In this document: one piece after another, positions 42,820-55,108 of the stretch
Layout of the letters: each line of letters opens with the position of its first letter
Position numbering within the stretch: position 1 is the stretch's first letter
NCBI GenBank assembly: GCA_963715985.1
Contig: CAVQSP010000014.1
Location: 736,001-800,000 of the forward strand
Reading direction: 5' to 3'
Length of the DNA: 64,000 nt
From: an uncultured Thermoleophilia bacterium
GTDB taxonomy: Bacteria; Actinomycetota; Thermoleophilia; UBA2241
Made by a program: the position numbers and the translations under genes
The notes under the pieces: generated by a model
Databases searched by the model: none
What the model was told of the DNA's origin: nothing
What the model saw: the letters and a program-made list of their open reading frames with translations, nothing else

Positions 42820-44091
42820 CTACCCGCCGAACAGCCTCTTCAGGTCGTTGAACGTGAGGAAGATGAACAGCATCACGAGCAGCACGGTGCCGAAGGCGAT
42901 CATGCGCTCGAGCAGCTTGGCGTTGAGGCGCTTGCCGCGCAGCTTCTCGACGATGTTGAGGGCGATGTGGCCGCCGTCGAACGGCAGGATGGGCAGCAGG
43001 TTGATGAGCCCGAGGTTGAAGCTCAGGAAGGCGAGCAGGACCGGGTACCAGCTCTGCTGCACCGCCTGACGGCTCACATTGATGATGCCGACCGGGCCCA
43101 CGGCGCCCTCAGGACCTGTGGCGCTGATCTTGCCGGAGATGAGCATCCAGAAGCCCGTGAACGTGCCGACCACCACGTCGCGGAAGCCCTGCAGGCCGAG
43201 CGTGACGGCGCGGACAGGCCCGGGATGCTCCCGGACCACCCCGGCGCCCACGCCGAGGTAGCCGTTGCCGGGCGCCTGCGGGTTCTCGATGAGCTTGACG
43301 GTGACCGTGCGCTCAGCCGGCGATGCGGCAGGACCGGCGGTCGCACCGGAGCCGGCGCCGCCCGCGGCCGCCTTGGGCACGTAGGTGAGCTGGATCGTCT
43401 TGTCCATATTGGCGCGCAGGAACGCGGACGCCTCGTCCCACGTCGCCCAGCGCTCGCCGTCGGCGCCCACGAGGGTGTCGCCGGGCACGATGCCGGCGCG
43501 GGCGGCGGGGCCGTCCTTGACCACCTCGGCCAGGGTGAGGCTGGCCTTGGGCACGCCGGAGATGCCGACGAACAGCACGAGGATGACGGCCGCGGCGAGG
43601 AAGTTCATGAGCGGACCGGCAGCGATGGTGACGTTGCGCTTCCAGACCGCCTTCTTGTAGTACACGCGGTCGCCGGTGCCCTCGGGCACTTCTTCCTCCG
43701 GCATCATGCCGCTGATCTTGCAGAAACCGCCCAGAGGGATGATGCCGATGCCGTACTCGGTCTCGCCCCACGTGTGACGCAGCGCCGCGGGAGGAAAGCC
43801 CACGTAGAACTTCTCGACGCGCATGCCGAACGCCTTGGCGGCGATGAAGTGGCCGAACTCGTGGACCGTGATGAGCAGGGCCAGGCCGAGGATGGCGATG
43901 AGCCACACCCACTGCCCGAACACGAGAGCGACCAGCACGGCGCCGCCCAGCAGCAGCGACCACGGGCTGAGGATGCGCGAGCGGCCCTCGGGGGGTTGCG
44001 AGCCGCTGTGCGCAGCCTTTGCCTTCGCGTCCGCGCGCTCGTTGTCGTCGATCTCGTCGATATCGTCCGGCTGGTCCGTGTGCTCGTCCAT
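42820..44091 (-). CDS. rseP: RIP metalloprotease RseP (M50, PDZ)
   Basis: HEFGH, IPLGGF, AGPLMN, NLLPILPFDGGH. Confidence 0.93.
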   Translation of the reverse strand: MDEHTDQPDDIDEIDDNERADAKAKAAHSGSQPPEGRSRILSPWSLLLGGAVLVALVFGQWVWLIAILGLALLITVHEFGHFIAAKAFGMRVEKFYVGFPPAALRHTWGETEYGIGIIPLGGFCKISGMMPEEEVPEGTGDRVYYKKAVWKRNVTIAAGPLMNFLAAAVILVLFVGISGVPKASLTLAEVVKDGPAARAGIVPGDTLVGADGERWATWDEASAFLRANMDKTIQLTYVPKAAAGGAGSGATAGPAASPAERTVTVKLIENPQAPGNGYLGVGAGVVREHPGPVRAVTLGLQGFRDVVVGTFTGFWMLISGKISATGPEGAVGPVGIINVSRQAVQQSWYPVLLAFLSFNLGLINLLPILPFDGGHIALNIVEKLRGKRLNAKLLERMIAFGTVLLVMLFIFLTFNDLKRLFGG

Positions 44092-44376
44092 TCGCTCTCT
44101 CTGTCCTGGCGGCGGTCCGGCCGCGCCTCCCGGCGCCGGGCGCGGTGCTCCGCCGCTCACCGTTCTGGGTGTACCCCGCGCATGAGGATACCCGCTCGAT
44201 ATTGCGGCCCGGTTAACTCCCGGTGACGCCGCGCGAGCCATTGCTGCCTACGAGACGGCGCTCGGGGGCGGCGGGTGCGGCGGCGCCGTGCTCTCGGCGG
44301 GCGGTCGTCGGCGCGGCAGTCGTGGCGGACTGCGGCGCGGCGGTCGGCGGCGGTCTCCGCGGCGTCCGGCGGCGGT

Positions 44377-45746
44377 CTACGCAGGGTTGCCCGCCGCCTC
44401 GTGCGCGAAGCGCCGCGCCTCGGCGTCGCACGCGTACACGTCATCGAGGCTCTCGATGGGTTCGTCGCCTATCCAGGTGAGGCACTTCTCCACGACCTCG
44501 GCGATGTCCAGGAAGCCGATGGCGCGGTCGAGGAACGCCTGCACCGCGACCTCGTTGGCGGCGTTGAGCACGATGGGCGCGGCCACGGTGTGCGGGCCGG
44601 CCACAGTGCGCGGGCCGGCCGCGGTGAGCGACGCGGACACGGAGGGTGGGCCGCGGCGGCATACGAGCCGGCTGCAGATGCGCCAGCCTGGGCCTCGGCG
44701 GCGGCCGCCTTGCGCCCCGCCTCCTCAGCGAGTGCCAGACAGCGGAACGTCCTGGTGTCGGGCTTGGTGAAGGTGAGCTCGGTGCCGAACACGTCCAGGC
44801 GCCGCACGGACGGCAGGGCGGGGCGCTGCGGGTACGCGAGTGCGTAGCCGATGGGCGTGCGCATGTCGGGCACGCCCATGTGGGCGAGGATGGCGCCGTC
44901 GCTGAGCCGCGCCATGCTGTGCACGATGCTCTGCGGGCTGATGACCACGGTGATGCGCTCGTAGGGCACCCCGAACAGGTAGTGCGCCTCGATGACCTCG
45001 AGGCCCTTGTTCATGAGGGTGGCCGAGTCGATAGTGATCTTGGGGCCCATGGACCACGTGGGGTGCTTGAGGGCCTCCTCCGGCGTGACGGCGGCCAGGT
45101 CCGCGGCCACACGGCCGCGGAAGGGGCCGCCCGAGCCGGTCAGCAGCAGCTCTTCGGCGGCGGAGAGCGGCGCAGCGCCGCCGCCGTCGGCCCCGCCTCC
45201 GCTTCCCGAACCGGCGCGCTCGCCTCCGGCCGCGAGGCACTGGAACAGCGCGCTGTGCTCGCTGTCCACGGGCAGGATCAGCGAGCCGCTGCGGCGGGCG
45301 GCGTCCAGCACGAACGGGCCGCCGGCCACCATGCTCTCCTTGTTGGCCAGCGCCAGGGTGGCGCCGGCCTCGAGCGTGGCCATGGTGGCGCGCAGGCCCG
45401 CGGCGCCGACGATGCCGTTGAGCACGGTGAGCGAGGCGCCGGTGGCGGCGGCGTTCGCGGCCGCGCTTGCCACGAGCTCGCGCAGGCCGGCCTCGCCGGC
45501 CAGCACCGCGAGCTCGGGCCCTCGCGCGGCCGCCTCCGCCGCGGCTTTGGCGTCGCTCAGGCACACGTCCCGGACCTTGAAGCGCGCCGCCTGCTCCAGC
45601 ACGAGGTCGACGCCCGTCGCGGCCGCGAGGCCGACGAGCCGCGCGCCCGGGATCGCCTCCAGGATGTCCAGAGCCTGTCGGCCTATGGACCCCGTGGACC
45701 CGAGCAGCAGGATGTGCCTGGCGCCCGTCTCGTGCCGTTCCGTCAT
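44377..45746 (-). CDS. dxr: 1-deoxy-D-xylulose 5-phosphate reductoisomerase (frameshift near 44640)
   Basis: LGSTGSIG, LANKE, PVDSEH, SGGPF, HPTWSMGPKITIDSATLMNKGLE, LNAANEVAV. Confidence 0.95.
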
Positions 45747-47203
45747 GTCGTGTCCTCCACAGGTCCGCCCGTCTCCGCGCCAGTCGCCGCCCTCGGTCGC
45801 GGCCATGGCCGCGCCGCGCTCAGTCTGCCACGCCACGGCGAGCAGCAACACCTGGAGGAGCACGACGAGCGCGTACTTGCTGGCCTGCAGTGACGGGGCG
45901 ATGACCATGGAGGAGCGCGAGAGCATGATCATCGCCCAAGCCAGCAGGCCGAACTCCACGCTCCAGACGAGCGAGCGCCTCTCCCCCATCGTCGACAATG
46001 GCAGCGGCCGAGCACCGCCAGCGGGAACACGAAGATCACCAGCTTGTAGTCGTGGCTGATGGCCGGCACGACACTCATCACGGGCACGCAGGCCGCGGCG
46101 GCCAGCACCGCGCGGCGCGCGCTCCACCCGTGCCGCACCAGCACGCGCGAGCGTCACGATCCAGATCGCCAGCGGCACGACGAGCAGCGGCCAGTAGACC
46201 CAGGACGGCGCCCACGCGGTCAGCTGGCGAAGGACGACCGAGAGCGACGCCGCCGAGTGGTTGCCCCACCAGTACGGCGTGCATGACAGACTCCACGGCC
46301 AGCTGGCCGCTGATGGTGTCCATCAGGGTGCGCGGCCCGGCGATCAGGAGCAGCAAGCAGCGTTGGTCACCAGCGCCGGGACGATGGCCCGCCATCGGTA
46401 GCGCCACAACAGCAGCACGAGCAGCACGCCCGGATACAGCTTGAGATTGATGGAGATGGCAAGTGCGATGGCCGGCCACCACGGCGAGCGCGGCAGGCGC
46501 AGCATCAGCCACACGGCGAGGAGCGCAAAGAAGAGCGCGTACAGGTCGATGTTGCCGCGTTCGATCTCGTAGATGAACCCCGCGGACGTGAGCAGCCACA
46601 CGCCGGCGACGAGTCCCAGCTGTGCGGCGTCGACTGGACGCTCCTCCAGGGGCGTCGCCGGCCACTACGGCCTTGGCAGCCAGCACAGCGGTCAGCACCA
46701 CCGAGGCGACGGCGAGCGCCACGAGAACGATTACCTGGATCACGTGCGCGGTGGCGAAGCTGAAGAGAGTGAAGGGCTTGCCGAGGATCAGCGTGAAGCG
46801 GTGGCCACCCGCTTGCGATAGTCGTGAAGGCGCGGGCCGGATCGTAGAGGCCGTCACGGAAGTCGAAGCCGGTCGGCTGCGCCAGCGGGATGAGCAGGCC
46901 CCACGTGTCGTTGCCGAAGCGGAACCAGTAGACGAGGACGTTCCACGCCAGCCCCGCCACGGCGATGACGGCGAGCCACACCACGGCGTTCACGGCCGGG
47001 CGCCCGGCGCCGAAGGCGGCCAGGGCCGTCACTGTCCCTACGATCGCGAGAGGCAGCACGAACGCGAGGTGCGGCACCACCACGAAGTAGCCGCCGCCGC
47101 GCGCCAGCACGAGCGCGCTGAGGATCCAGCCCAAGGCGCCGACAACGACGCCCAACCAGGCGCCCCACTCCCCCGCCCCCGTCTCGCGCTCCAGTGCGTT
47201 CAC
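45743..47203 (-). CDS. GT87/DUF2029-like (GT-C) membrane glycosyltransferase (frameshifted)
   Basis: GFDFRDGLY, IERGNIDLY, NLKLYP, ISHDYKLV; many TM segments. Confidence 0.7.
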
Positions 47204-47258
47204 ACGTCCTCATTCGGGCCGCGGTCTCACCCCACGTCGCCGTGCAGTCTATCGCGGC

Positions 47259-49150
47259 TCAGCGACGGGGGAGCCGCGCGAGCACTTGGGCAGTGCTCTC
47301 GTCAGACGGCTTACGCTGGAAGGCGTATAGCGGCCGCACGAGGGTAGGAGGGTAGTCGAGGCCGCCGGAGGCGGCCTGGATCTGGGCGTCAGACATGCCT
47401 GCCGTGGGCAAGAAGTGCACGACCAGAGACGGCACGAGGCGATGTCGCCGGAAGTAGCTGATCGTTGTTTGAGGCAGCTGTCCGGTAGCTGGGTCCGCCA
47501 CGACCCAGTACGAATTCGCGGCGATGACCCCGGTCCAGTAGAGGTAGTATCCGCATCCCTCGTACATGATGAGGAATCCGTCGTCGGGGCGAGACTGAGC
47601 CTTGAGATCGGCGGCGAAACCGTCCATGAGGTGCCGTCTCTCCGGTGTGATTTTGATGCCCCACCACGGCCCGGAGTCGAAGCGGCTGGTCAAACTGGAA
47701 TAGGGAACATCGCGCTGCTGGAACTGAAACTGGAATCCGATGGTCATCCCCACGATGGCACACAGCACGATGAGCGCCAGCGACGGCGTCGCCGCCCCCG
47801 TTGAGCCAGGCGACAGGGACCGTGCCGCTTCAACCTCGGGTGCCACTGCGAGCGAGGCATCGACAAGCCTCCGGGCATCCGGAGTCTCCACCGCTTCGAG
47901 AGCCCAGACAAGGAAAAGCCCACTCGCAACCAAAGCCGGAGCGAGCCCGACTGCAGAGTTCACATAGGCCGCCGCACTCGTGTAGGCCGTCATGGCCCCA
48001 GCCAACATGGCGGGTGCCCAGATCCAGATGAGCAGCCTGGCGCCGGCTTCACGCCGCTCGCATGGGAATGAAGAGGTAGAGGTACGGCGCAAGGAGCGCG
48101 TAGATCAGCACGTACCCCGAGGCCCAGACCAGGGGGCGCTGGGCAGCCAACCAGAGCGCCACCGGCAGGGCTGCAAGCAGGGAACGGCCCACCCGCGGCC
48201 AGCGGCGGAACACCAAATACACCAGCAGCGCCGCGACCACAAGGTACGGTCGCCAGGTGACGAACCGCCAGACGCCCTGCGCGACAGCGACAGCTTTCGG
48301 TGCACCACCCAGCTGGTGATAGGTGCTCGCCCCCGAAAGCGTGGCCTGCCAGCTCCGCACAAGGTTGCGCGGCCCGAAACTGAGCATCACCAGGCCGACC
48401 GGGATCAGTACCATGCGCCGCCCAGGACCCAGGCGCTTAATGCACGCCATGCCGCCACCCCGGTCGGCGGCCCCTCCGGGTCCGGGTGGATGCAAGAACG
48501 CCCCTTCTGCCAGCATGGCCGGAGCCCGCCGACCTTGCGCGAGCACGAAGAAGACCGCGCAGAACGGCACGATGAACATCAGCGAGGGGTACGCAACGAT
48601 CGCGAGCGCCAAGGCGGCGCCTGCGCACGCGGCGTAGCGCCGCCCCTTGCCAAGCACGACGACCCACGAACCCATCACCGCGCTCAACGTGAGAAACGCC
48701 AGCGCCATCGTGTTGTAGCTCAGCTGAGGTGTGGCCCAATAGATGTATGTTACGAACACACACGCGAGAAGAAGGGCGAGCTGCCAGCGCACCAAGCGAC
48801 GCAGCAGAAGGTACACGCAGATGGCCACGGCCAGGTCCATGAGCAGGTAGAGATGGCGCGTGAACAAGATGAGCCCAGTCGGATCGTTGTGCCGAACGAA
48901 GCCGAACAGCCTTCACGAACGGGTATGCGAGAAGCCCAGGCACCTGCAGAAGGTTCTGCTCGTGCACGAAAGGCTTGTCACCAAGCACCCAACGCCATGG
49001 GACGAGCACGAAGTAGCTCTCGTCGCGCAAGTCCATGCCGACGAAGAGGCGCAGCCACGTGAGCACAAGCCCAACTGCCACGAAAGAGAGAGCGACAGCA
49101 TCGAACAACACGTGGAATGACGCCGGGAGGCTGCGGTCGCCAGACTGCAC
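47259..49150 (-). CDS. Polytopic membrane protein, probable GT-C glycosyltransferase (frameshifted)
   Basis: Acidic GMDLRDESY loop after TM1, SYNTM, many TMs, soluble C-terminal domain. Confidence 0.55.
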
Positions 49151-49599
49151 GTCTTCGTTGCTGCTGATCGTCGGGTTCCTTCCAGTCGTCGCGACACCGT
49201 GCCGTCGCCACCGCGTCTTCGGGCTACTTCAGCGCACTCGCGGTGTTGCTGTCTCCGGCATTCTACCGAATCCGCGCGGACGGCCGCCGCAGTGAAGGAG
49301 AGGCCCGTGCGGGTGCAGCGTCGCCGGCTCGCCGACGACGTCAAGCAGGGCAGAGACGCCGGCCGGCACGTCACTTCCGCAAGGCGCATTGGGATGAGGC
49401 TCGCTTCAGACCGAGCACTGTGACCGCGTCTCTGGTGTCTTACTATGGGAATCGTGCCGAGTGGCGACTGCCGCCAATCGACACTGACCAGGCCCTCTCC
49501 CACATGTCCGTGTGAGAGGGCCACCTTGGGCGTTATGTCCTGCTGACCGGCGTCTTCGGTCCTGGCGGATGGTGGTTTCGACCGCCGATTGCCTTCAGG

Positions 49600-49901
49600 A
49601 GCAGGACGACTCCAGGTGCCGCGCGCAGCATCATCAGCAGGCAGAAGTGGCGCATGCACAGCATCCGCCCCGTAGAGACGCGGCCAACGACGATCGCGAA
49701 GACCCTCACGACCGGACAATCGTGGACCGCCTACGTCGGGTTCGAATCGCTGTCGGTGACGAACGGCTTGTTCTCCTGCGCCCGGTGCTGCGGCATCACC
49801 GAGTAGTAGCCCTCTCCGAGTATGTCCACGCCCACGACGAGGCACTCCCGGGTGTACGTGACGGCAATGGCGACTCCGTTCGCGACGAACGCCGCTGCCA
49901 T
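49600..49901 (-). pseudogene. Decayed remnant resembling the N-terminus of the adjacent membrane protein
   Basis: FVANGVAIAVTYTR..VVGVDILGEGYYSVMP..AQENKPFV..*(49731) aligns with FVAVGLVLTWLRLFVGMDLRDESYFVLVP..VLGDKPFV. Confidence 0.5.
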
Positions 49902-50104
49902 AGCACCGGACGACCGGCGAGGTGTCTCGTGCTCTGCACCCCGCTAGCGTTCTCCGCCAACCGAGCGACGATGTCCGTGCTCCTTGCACCAGCCCGTCGC
50001 CACCCGCCGGAACGACAACCAGCGCGGTGCACCGGAGGACCCTCCACACGCCCGTGCGGGCCGGACGGTTTGTCAAAACGCCGCCAGCGCCCGATAGTCT
50101 TCAC

Positions 50105-51165
50105 ATGGTTGACCCACCTCTCGCCTTCGCGGACCTCGACCACGTGTTCGGGGGCGTGTTCCCGCTCTGGAACGACCTGCGCAAACGCAGGCTCTTCATG
50201 ACCGGGGCCTCCGGCTTCGTGGGCGGCTGGATGCTGGAGGCGCTGCTCAGCGCGAGCGACAGACTGTGCCTCGAGTGCGAGGTCACTGTGCTAACCCGCA
50301 ATCCGGCTGGGTTCGCAGCGCGACGCCCAGGCGTCGTCGGGCACCCCGCTGTCTCGCTCCACGAGGGCGACGTCCGCTCGTTCGCTCACCCTGCAGGCCG
50401 CTTCGACTTCGTAGTCCACGCCGCAGCGCAAGCGCCGCGGGACTCGTCGCCGCGTGGACTTCTGGAGCGTTACGAGGCCGACGTAGCCAGCACGCGCAGC
50501 GTGCTCGAGCTGGCCACCGGAGCGGCGCCGCACGCATTCTCTTCACGAGCTCAGGAGCTGTCTATGGTGTTCAGCCCCCAGATGTCGGGCAGTTGAACGA
50601 GGACTTCCCCGGCGCACCAGACCCCTGCGACCCGACGACGGTGTACGGCCAGGCCAAGCGGGCAAGCGAGTTCCTCTGCACAGGCTTCGCGCAAGCATCG
50701 GGGGTCGTGGTGACCATCGCCCGGCTGTTTGCGTTCATCGGGCCACTCCTGCCTCTGGACGCCGGGTACGCTGCGGGCGACTTCCTGGGGGATGCACTGG
50801 CGGGCCGCTCCATCACAATCAAGGGAGACGGACGCCCATTCCGCTCCTACCTGCACGCCGCTGACATGGCTGCGTGGCTGTGGACCGTCCTGCTCAAAGG
50901 TGCCTCGCACCGGCCGTACAACGTTGGCTCCGACGTTGCGATCTCGGTCCGCGACTTGGCGGAGTCTGTCTCGCGCGTGGTCGCGCCCGGCCTCCCCGTC
51001 GTAGTCGAACAGAGCCCCGCCCACGATGGCCCGCCGCCCCGGTACGTGCCCTCTGTCGCGCGAGCCCACAAGGAGCTGGGGCTCACGCAGAGAATCGGCT
51101 TGGACGAGGCGGTGCGCCGCACCGCCGGGTGGCATCCCACGAAGCAGGCCCAAGCATGCGAATGA
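50105..51165 (+). CDS. NAD-dependent NDP-sugar epimerase/reductase (frameshift near 50520)
   Basis: TGASGFVGGW, TSSGAVYG, YGQAKRASE, ARLFAFIGP, RSYLHAAD. Confidence 0.85.
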
Positions 51166-52983
51166 AGGTGAGCGACTACGTCATCGCGTTCCTCGCCGAC
51201 CGGGGGGTCGACACGGTGTTCCTGTTGTCGGGGGGCGGCGTCATGCACCTGCTCGACTCCCTCGGGAACGGCGACAGCGTCGGCTATCTGTGCAACCGCC
51301 ACGAACAGGCCTGCGCCATCGCCGCCGAGGGCTACGCCCGGATGACGGGTCGCCCAGGCGTCTGTCTTGTCACTACCGGTCCCGGCGCCGCCAATGCCGC
51401 CTCGGGCATTCTCGGCGCTTGGACAGACTCGCTGCCGGTGCTGGTGATCTCCGGACAGGTGCGACGAGACCTCATTGCGGACTTCGGCACGCTCAGACAG
51501 AAGGGGCCCCAGGAAGGCAACACCCTGGCCATGGTGGCGCCGATGACGAAGTACGCTACGGCCGTCACCGACCCGCTGGCCGTCCGGTGCGAGCTCGAGC
51601 GTGCATGGCACGAGCGACCTCCGGCAGGCCGGGACCCGTGTGGGTCGAGGTCCCCCTCGATGTGCAGGCGGAACTGATCGAGCCGGATGAACTCGAACCG
51701 TTCCGGAAGCCCGCCCGCATCGACGACCAAGCGGCGAAGGAGATGACCGCAGGCATCGAACGCGCAGCCCGGGCTTTGCACGAAGCCAGCGGCCTCTCCT
51801 GCTGTGCGGCAGCGGCGTTCGCACAGCCGCTGCTGTGCCGGAGCTGCGACGTCTTCTGGACAGCAATCCGCTGCCAGCCGTCGTTCCTGACTCCGGCAAG
51901 GACCTCATCCCCGAGGACCACCCCCGCAACCTCGGGGTCTTCGGACCAGCGGCGCAGCGGCGGGCCAACTTCGCGGTGCAGAACTGCGACTGCCTCATCG
52001 TGCTTGCCGCCGCCCTCAGCGCCAAGAAGATCGGCTTCAACTACGCGGACTTCGCGCGTCAGGCAGTCAAGTTCGCCGTCGACATCGATCCCGACCAGCT
52101 AAGGCATCAGGTCGTGCGACCCGATGATGGTGTATGCGGAGACGTGCGCGGGTTCCTTCGTGGGCTCGCCGACCACCTCGAGAGGTCTCCGCTTGCACCA
52201 AAGGAGCCATGGTTGGCCGCGTGCGCGGAATGGAAAGCCCGCTACCCGCTTGTCGGTGAGGCGCAGTACGCAGACGACGGATTCGTCAACAGCTACGCCT
52301 TCATGGACGCCCTCTCGGACGCTCTGACGGCGGGCGACGTGCTCGTGACCGGCAACGGGCTGGATAGCGTCAGCTACGTCCAGGCGTTTCGGACGAAGGA
52401 GGGCCAGCGCACCCTCCTGAATGCCAATTGGGGGGCCATGGGCTGGGATCTGCCCCTGGCCATCGGGGCCTGCATCGGCAGCGGAAGAAGGCACACCGTC
52501 TGCGTCACAGGTGACGGCAGCATCCAGCTCAACGCCCAGGAACTGACGACCATTTCGCACAACGGGCTTCCCATCACGGTGTTCGTGTTCAACAACGCCG
52601 GCTACGCGACCATCCGCGCCACGCAGCGGAATCTCTTCAACGGGCGGCTCGTGGCATCAGGAGCATCCACGGGGGTGGACAACCCCGACTTCCGGCTGCT
52701 GGCCGGGGCCTCAGGTCTCAGCTACTCGGCGATCACCTCGAATCGCGGACTGCAAGAGGCGCTTCGGGACGTCATCGCGACCCCGGGCCCGCATCTGTGC
52801 GAAGTGCTCGTTTCACCGCTCCAGGAGATCGAACCCAAGTCGACTGCCTTTCGCCGGGATGACGGAACGCTTGAGTCACGGCCCCTCGAGGACATGGCAC
52901 CCTTCCTGCCGCGGGACGAGGTCTGGCACAACATGCATATGTTCGACGAGGAGCCGGCGGACCGGGAAGCGGGCGCGACATGA
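51162..52983 (+). CDS. Thiamine-diphosphate-dependent enzyme (acetolactate-synthase/YerE-like), frameshifted
   Basis: HEQACAIAAEGYAR, TTGPGAAN, GRPGPVW, GAMGWDLP, TGDGSIQLN, FNNAGY. Confidence 0.88.
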
Positions 52984-54060
52984 ACAGGCCGCAACCCTCC
53001 ACGTTCTCACTTGGGCCGAACGGCACCATACGGGACGTCATCGAGTGTATCGACCGCAGCAGGTACGTGGGCCTGGCGCTCATCGTCGACCACGAGGGAC
53101 GACTGGAGAACACGATCAGCGACGGGGACGTGCGCCGGGGCATCCTCGCGGGCATCAGCCTAGACGCGGCCGTGACTGAGCTCCTGCCAATCAAGGCGAC
53201 CACGCCCCACCCTGCGGCGACCACCGCGCCGGCGACCGAGGAGCCGACCGGCCTGCTGCGCATAATGCAGGAGAATGCCGTACGCTCGGCGCCGCTGCTG
53301 GACACTGGCGGCCGTGTCGTGAGTCGTCGACCCTGCAGGAACTCCTTCCGCAGCCGGAGGCGCCCGTCCACGCGGTCATCATGGCGGGGGGCTTCGGCAA
53401 GCGATTGCGCCCGCTCACTGAAGACTCCCTAAGCCCATGTTGCACGTCAACGGCCGCCCCTTGCTCGAGGGCATCGTGTCAGACTCCGGGAGTCGGGCAT
53501 CCGCCAGATCAATGTGACGACGCATTTCCGGCCGGAGAAGATCGTCGAGCACTTCGGAGACGGTGAGGCGTTCGGCGTCGACATCACCTACGTCAACGAG
53601 GATCGCCCTCTGGGCACCGGCGGTGCCTTGGGACTGATGCCAGTTCCGGAGGAGACGACGCTCGTCATCAACGGTGACGTGCTCACCCAGGTGGACTTCC
53701 GAACGATGCTCATGTACCACCGCGCCCACCAAGCCGACATGACGGTGGCAGTGAGCCAGTACGGCATCGCCGTCCCCTACGGGGTCATCGAATGCGAGGG
53801 CCCGCAGGTCTGCCGCCTCACCGAGAAGCCACAGCTCAACTTCCTCGTGAACGCCGGCATCTACCTGCTCGAACCATCCGTTTACGACTTCGTGCCGGGC
53901 GGTGAGTGCACTGCAGATGACCGACCTCATCGAACGTTTGCTGGAGGCTGGGCGCCGCGTCGTCAGCTTCCCGATCTTCGAGCAGTGGCTCGACATCGGA
54001 CGGCACGATGACTACTCCCTTGCGCAGGACATGCAGTCCGCGCCTGACGAGACGACTTGA
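52980..54060 (+). CDS. CBS-domain sugar-phosphate nucleotidyltransferase (PtmE-like), frameshifted
   Basis: SDGDVRRGIL, MAGGFGKRLRPLT, EDRPLGTGGAL, INGDVLT, WLDIG. Confidence 0.85.
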
Positions 54061-55108
54061 CGCAGAGCATCCGCATAGGAGATCGACGCATCAGTCCCGA
54101 CGATCCCCCCTTCGTCATCGCGGAGATCGGAATCAACCACGAGGGTGAGCATCGCCAAGGCTGTCCACATGGTCGACGATGCCTGCGATGCAGGCTGCGA
54201 ATGTGTCAAGTTCCAGTCGCACGTGGTAGACGACGAGATGATCCCCAACGACGTCGTCCCCGGAAACGCTGCCGAGAGCATCTGGGACATCATGGTGAGG
54301 TGCACGCTCTCCGAGGAGGAGGAACGGAAGCTCAAGGACTACGTCGAGTCAAAGGCATGATCTACCTGTGCACCCCGTTCTCGCGGGCGGCGGCCGATGC
54401 GGTTGGCAGCATGGACGTGGCCGCCTACAAGATGGCTCCGGCGAATGCAACAACTACCCTTGGTCAAGCTAATCGCCGCGTTCGGCAAGCCGGTGATCCT
54501 GAGCACCGGGATGAACGACATCCCCTCGATCGCGCCTGCCGTGCAGATCCTGCGGGCGCCGGCGTGCCGTTCGCACTCCCGCACTGCACGTCGATGTACC
54601 CCACTCCCTATGAGCAAGTGCGGCTCGGGGCCTTCGCGAGCTGGCCGAGGCTTATCCCGATGCGCTGCTGGGGCTCAGTGACCACTCGCTTGGGAACTAC
54701 ACGTGTCTTGTGCGGTTGCACTCGGCGCATGCATTCTCGAGAAGCACTTCACCTCAGACAAGAGCTGGCCGGGCTCCGACGTCCCGATTTCCATCGATCC
54801 GGCAGAGTCAGGGATCTGGTCGAGGGATAGCCGGGCCGTCCGGAGGCGCTCGGTGGGACCAAGGAGATCCTGCCCGAGGAACAGCCGACCATCGACTTCG
54901 CGTACGCCTGCGTAGTCTCGGTCTGCGAATCTCCGCTGGTGAGAAGCTCTCCTCCGAGAATCTCTGGGTCAAGCGGCCCGGGACAGGTGAGATAAAGGCC
55001 GTCCACTTCGAGGAGCTGCTGGGCAAGACCGCCCAGCGAGCTATCCCGGCGGGCAGCCAGCTCACCTGGGATGACGTCGGCGGGCAGGCCGGCGAGGGGC
55101 TCGCGTGA
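54057..55108 (+). CDS. Nonulosonic acid synthase (NeuB family), frameshifted
   Basis: IAEIGINHEG, VKFQSH, ILSTGM, HCTSMYP, SDHS, LEKHFT, C-terminal SAF region KRPGTG. Confidence 0.88.

Noticed and set aside
44092-44376. GC-rich dxr-rseP spacer as a small ORF or structured RNA
   Set aside because: Only low-complexity frames and nonspecific GC pairing; no supporting signal
44469-46178. Apparent membrane-domain fusion to Dxr; similar apparent extensions of IspG (to 42276), the ABC ATPase (to 33219) and RfbH (to 63878)
   Set aside because: Artefacts of stop-poor high-GC frames and frameshifts; each enzyme has its own start codon at the expected position
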